From Candidatus Krumholzibacteriia bacterium (GTDB taxonomy: Bacteria; Krumholzibacteriota; Krumholzibacteriia; LZORAL124-64-63): a DNA stretch of 32,581 nt. Made by a program: the position numbers and the translations under genes. Location of the stretch: the NCBI GenBank assembly GCA_046484865.1, contig JAWOID010000080.1:1-32581 (forward strand). Reading direction: 5' to 3'. The notes beneath the pieces were generated by a model. That model was given only the letters and a program-made list of their open reading frames with translations, ran no database searches and was not told the DNA's origin. Below are positions 30,325 through 32,581 of the stretch, piece by piece; positions within the stretch are counted from its first letter, which is position 1; every line of letters starts with the position of its first letter.

Positions 30325-31296
30325 TCACTCCCCGCGCCCGGGGGCGGACGCCGCGGCCGGCGGCTCGAGGGGCAGTTGCACGGTGAAGGTCGAACCCACG
30401 CCGGGCCGGCTCTCCACCTGGATGTCACCGCCATGTCCGGCGACCACCGTCCGGCAGATGGCGAGACCGAGGCCGGTGCCGGACTCCGGCGGCTTGGTCG
30501 TGAAGTCGGGGTCGAAGATGCGCTCGAGGTTCTCCGGGGAGATGCCGGTGCCGGTGTCGCTCACGGCGACGGTCACCCCTTCGTGGTCGGCGCGCGTGGA
30601 GACGCGGATGCGTCCTGACTCCGGAATCGCCTGGCGAGCGTTCAGCAACAGGTTGAGCAGGACCTGGTTCATCTGCGCCGGCACGGCATGGATGAGCGGC
30701 ACGTCGCCCAGGTCCCGTTCCAGCTCGATCCCGTGCTTCAGCTGGTTCTGCAGCAGCAACAGGGCGCTGTCCACCCCGGCATTCACGTCGTAGGGAGCGA
30801 ACCGGGAACTGTCGCCGCGGACGGACAGGCGGAGGCTGCGTACCAGCTCCTGGATGCGGCCGAGGGCGTCTTCGATGATCTCGTCGGTGGCGGCGGCCGC
30901 TGCCAGCGTCTGGCGCAGCTCATCCATGCCGGCCTCGTCCAGCGTATCACGACCCGCCAGCTCGCCGAGCCGGGCGAGGACGCGCCGCAAGGTCTCGCAC
31001 GTGCAACTGACGGCCGAGATCGGCGTGTTGAGTTCGTGGGCCAGCCCTGCCAGCAGCAGGCCCATCGTGGCCAGCCGCTCGTGCCGGGCGAGCTGGCTGC
31101 GCATTCCCTCGGGATCGCTCGTGGCGGCCGCGAGTTGCCGCTCGCGGACCTCCAGAAGGCGCTGCAGGTCGTCGCGACGGGCGACCGCGCGGCGGCTGCG
31201 GCGCACCGCCACCGCCGCGATCATCAACGCGACCGCCAGTCCGGCCGCGAGCAACACCGTGAGCCAGTGACTTCCGGCCACGTCAGCGTTCACCAT
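30325..31296 (-). CDS. Sensor histidine kinase (NtrB-like HisKA + HATPase), single TM, 323 aa
   Basis: H-box LAHELNTP, N-box NQVLLNLLLNA, DTGTGI, FTTK, GTGLGL. Confidence 0.93.
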   Translation of the reverse strand: MVNADVAGSHWLTVLLAAGLAVALMIAAVAVRRSRRAVARRDDLQRLLEVRERQLAAATSDPEGMRSQLARHERLATMGLLLAGLAHELNTPISAVSCTCETLRRVLARLGELAGRDTLDEAGMDELRQTLAAAAATDEIIEDALGRIQELVRSLRLSVRGDSSRFAPYDVNAGVDSALLLLQNQLKHGIELERDLGDVPLIHAVPAQMNQVLLNLLLNARQAIPESGRIRVSTRADHEGVTVAVSDTGTGISPENLERIFDPDFTTKPPESGTGLGLAICRTVVAGHGGDIQVESRPGVGSTFTVQLPLEPPAAASAPGRGE

Positions 31297-32059
31297 CCGC
31301 CCTTCTTCCCCGATCCATGCGGCTCAGCCGCCGGATCGCCTCGACCTCGGCGGTCGTGAGTTCCCGCAACTGCCCGGGCATCAGCTCGCCCAGCTCCACC
31401 GGCCCGATGCGCACCCGCCGCAGCACGATCACCTCGTGCCGAAGCGAATCGAAGAGGCGGCGGATCTGCCGGTTGCGTCCGTGTCCGATCGTGATCGAGA
31501 CCTCGGTTCGCGTGCTCTCGCGGCGAACCAGCTTGACCGAGCGCGGCCGCACGAAACCGAGGCGGTGCAGGTGCATACCCGACGCGATCAGCCCCAGTTC
31601 GAGGTCCGTCATCTCTCCGGTCACCTCCACGCGGAACTCGCGCTCCGCGCCGCGCGCGGGGGCGGCGAGTGCATTCCAGGCGGAGTCGTTGGAGACGAAC
31701 AGCAGGCCCGCCGTCAGGGCATCCAGGCGGCCGGCGGCCCGCAGCCCGGGCACGTCGCGGGGCAGGAAGTCGTCCACCAGCCGGCGACCGTCCGGGTCGC
31801 CGGGACGCGCGGCCACCCGCAACGGCTTGTTGAACGCGAAGTAGCGCAGGCGCACGGCCTCCAGCGGCTGACCGTCAAGTTCGATCACGTCGCGGACGTC
31901 CACGCAGCGAGCCGGATCGCGCACCACGTCACCGTTCACGGTGACGCGGCCCTCGCGCACGATGGCGTCGGTGGCCTGGCGCGTGCCGTGACCGGCCTTG
32001 GCCAGGGCCCGGCCGAGACCCAGCGGGCGCTCCGGATGCCACGGGCCACGCGACGTCAC
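31283..32059 (-). CDS. RsuA/RluB-family pseudouridine synthase with S4 domain, about 258 aa
   Basis: S4-like GRVTVNG, FNKP, catalytic GRLD, GRNRQIRR, L.RVRIG; GTG 32059 overlaps the upstream stop (GTGA). Confidence 0.9.
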   Translation of the reverse strand: MTSRGPWHPERPLGLGRALAKAGHGTRQATDAIVREGRVTVNGDVVRDPARCVDVRDVIELDGQPLEAVRLRYFAFNKPLRVAARPGDPDGRRLVDDFLPRDVPGLRAAGRLDALTAGLLFVSNDSAWNALAAPARGAEREFRVEVTGEMTDLELGLIASGMHLHRLGFVRPRSVKLVRRESTRTEVSITIGHGRNRQIRRLFDSLRHEVIVLRRVRIGPVELGELMPGQLRELTTAEVEAIRRLSRMDRGRRADGER

Positions 32060-32580
32060 GTCTCCAGCCCTCCCCACAGCACCATGATTCCCGCATAGGC
32101 GGCCAGCAACAGGACGCCGGCACCGCGTCCCACCGCCGGACGCCCGCGGACGGCCAGGGGCAGTATCAGGGTGATGGCCAGCATGCTCAGCATCTGCGGC
32201 GCGTCGACGCCGCTCGCCTCGCGCAGAGGCTTCACCACGGCGACGGGACCGGCCACCGCCAGCAGGTTGAACAGATTCGAGCCCACGATGTTGCCCAGGG
32301 CGATGTCGCTCTCGCGCCGCACCGCCGCCATGATCGTGGTCGCCAGCTCGGGCAGGCTGGTGCCCACCGCCACCAGGGAAAGGCCGATGAGGGCCTCGCT
32401 CACACCGGCGCGTCGCGCCAGCCCCAGCGATGCGTCGACGATGAACTGCCCTCCCGCGGCCAGACCGCCGATGCCCACCAGGACCATGGCCGCGCAGCCT
32501 GCTCTACGCGGCCAGCGGTGGAGGAGGTCGGGCTGGGGCGCACGTCTCTTATTTGCGCCTTGTTGTATGAAACGGCAAGA
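32056..32580 (-). CDS. Ca2+/Na+ antiporter (YrbG/CaCA family), C-terminal part; 5' end beyond the window or truncated
   Basis: Alpha-repeat IGLSLVAVGTSLPELAT...DIALGNIVGSNLFN. Only one of the two repeats is present; the frame stays open to the window edge. Confidence 0.85.
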   Translation of the reverse strand, partial: SCRFIQQGANKRRAPQPDLLHRWPRRAGCAAMVLVGIGGLAAGGQFIVDASLGLARRAGVSEALIGLSLVAVGTSLPELATTIMAAVRRESDIALGNIVGSNLFNLLAVAGPVAVVKPLREASGVDAPQMLSMLAITLILPLAVRGRPAVGRGAGVLLLAAYAGIMVLWGGLET

Positions 32581-32581
32581 C

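Overview
High-GC bacterial chromosomal window with about 26 protein-coding genes and no recognisable rRNA, tRNA, CRISPR array or transposase. In order: partial uridine kinase divergent from a NupC/CNT nucleoside transporter; a signalling/stress block (stand-alone receiver, coiled-coil lipoprotein, NarL-type regulator, membrane PAS hybrid kinase whose H-box lacks the canonical His, secreted double PRC-barrel protein, DUF4870-like membrane protein); an SOS mutagenesis cassette lexA // imuA-imuB-dnaE2 split by an opposite-strand patatin gene; a secreted DNRLRE-like protein, thioesterase, TrmH methyltransferase, a 48-aa rubredoxin-like protein, dGTPase, FtsH, a small secreted protein and a mitochondrial-type aconitase; and a minus-strand run of partial Ca/Na antiporter, pseudouridine synthase, histidine kinase, NTT-HEAT-cNMP fusion, receiver protein and lipoprotein. 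The best observations are: (1) a shared palindrome CAGAC-N4-GTCTG in the promoter spacers of lexA and imuA, a candidate lineage-specific SOS box; (2) a shared C-terminal W-S-x-[VL]-K-x-[LV]-Y-R tail on two unrelated secreted proteins, a candidate protein-sorting signal; (3) a 136-bp element bounded by 21-bp inverted repeats that touches the patatin RBS; (4) an NTT-HEAT-cNMP fusion between a sensor-less kinase and a receiver. The C-terminal tail suggests a Krumholzibacteriota/Latescibacterota-like (FCB-related) organism, from recollection and unverified. All family calls come from motif recognition by eye, not database searches.
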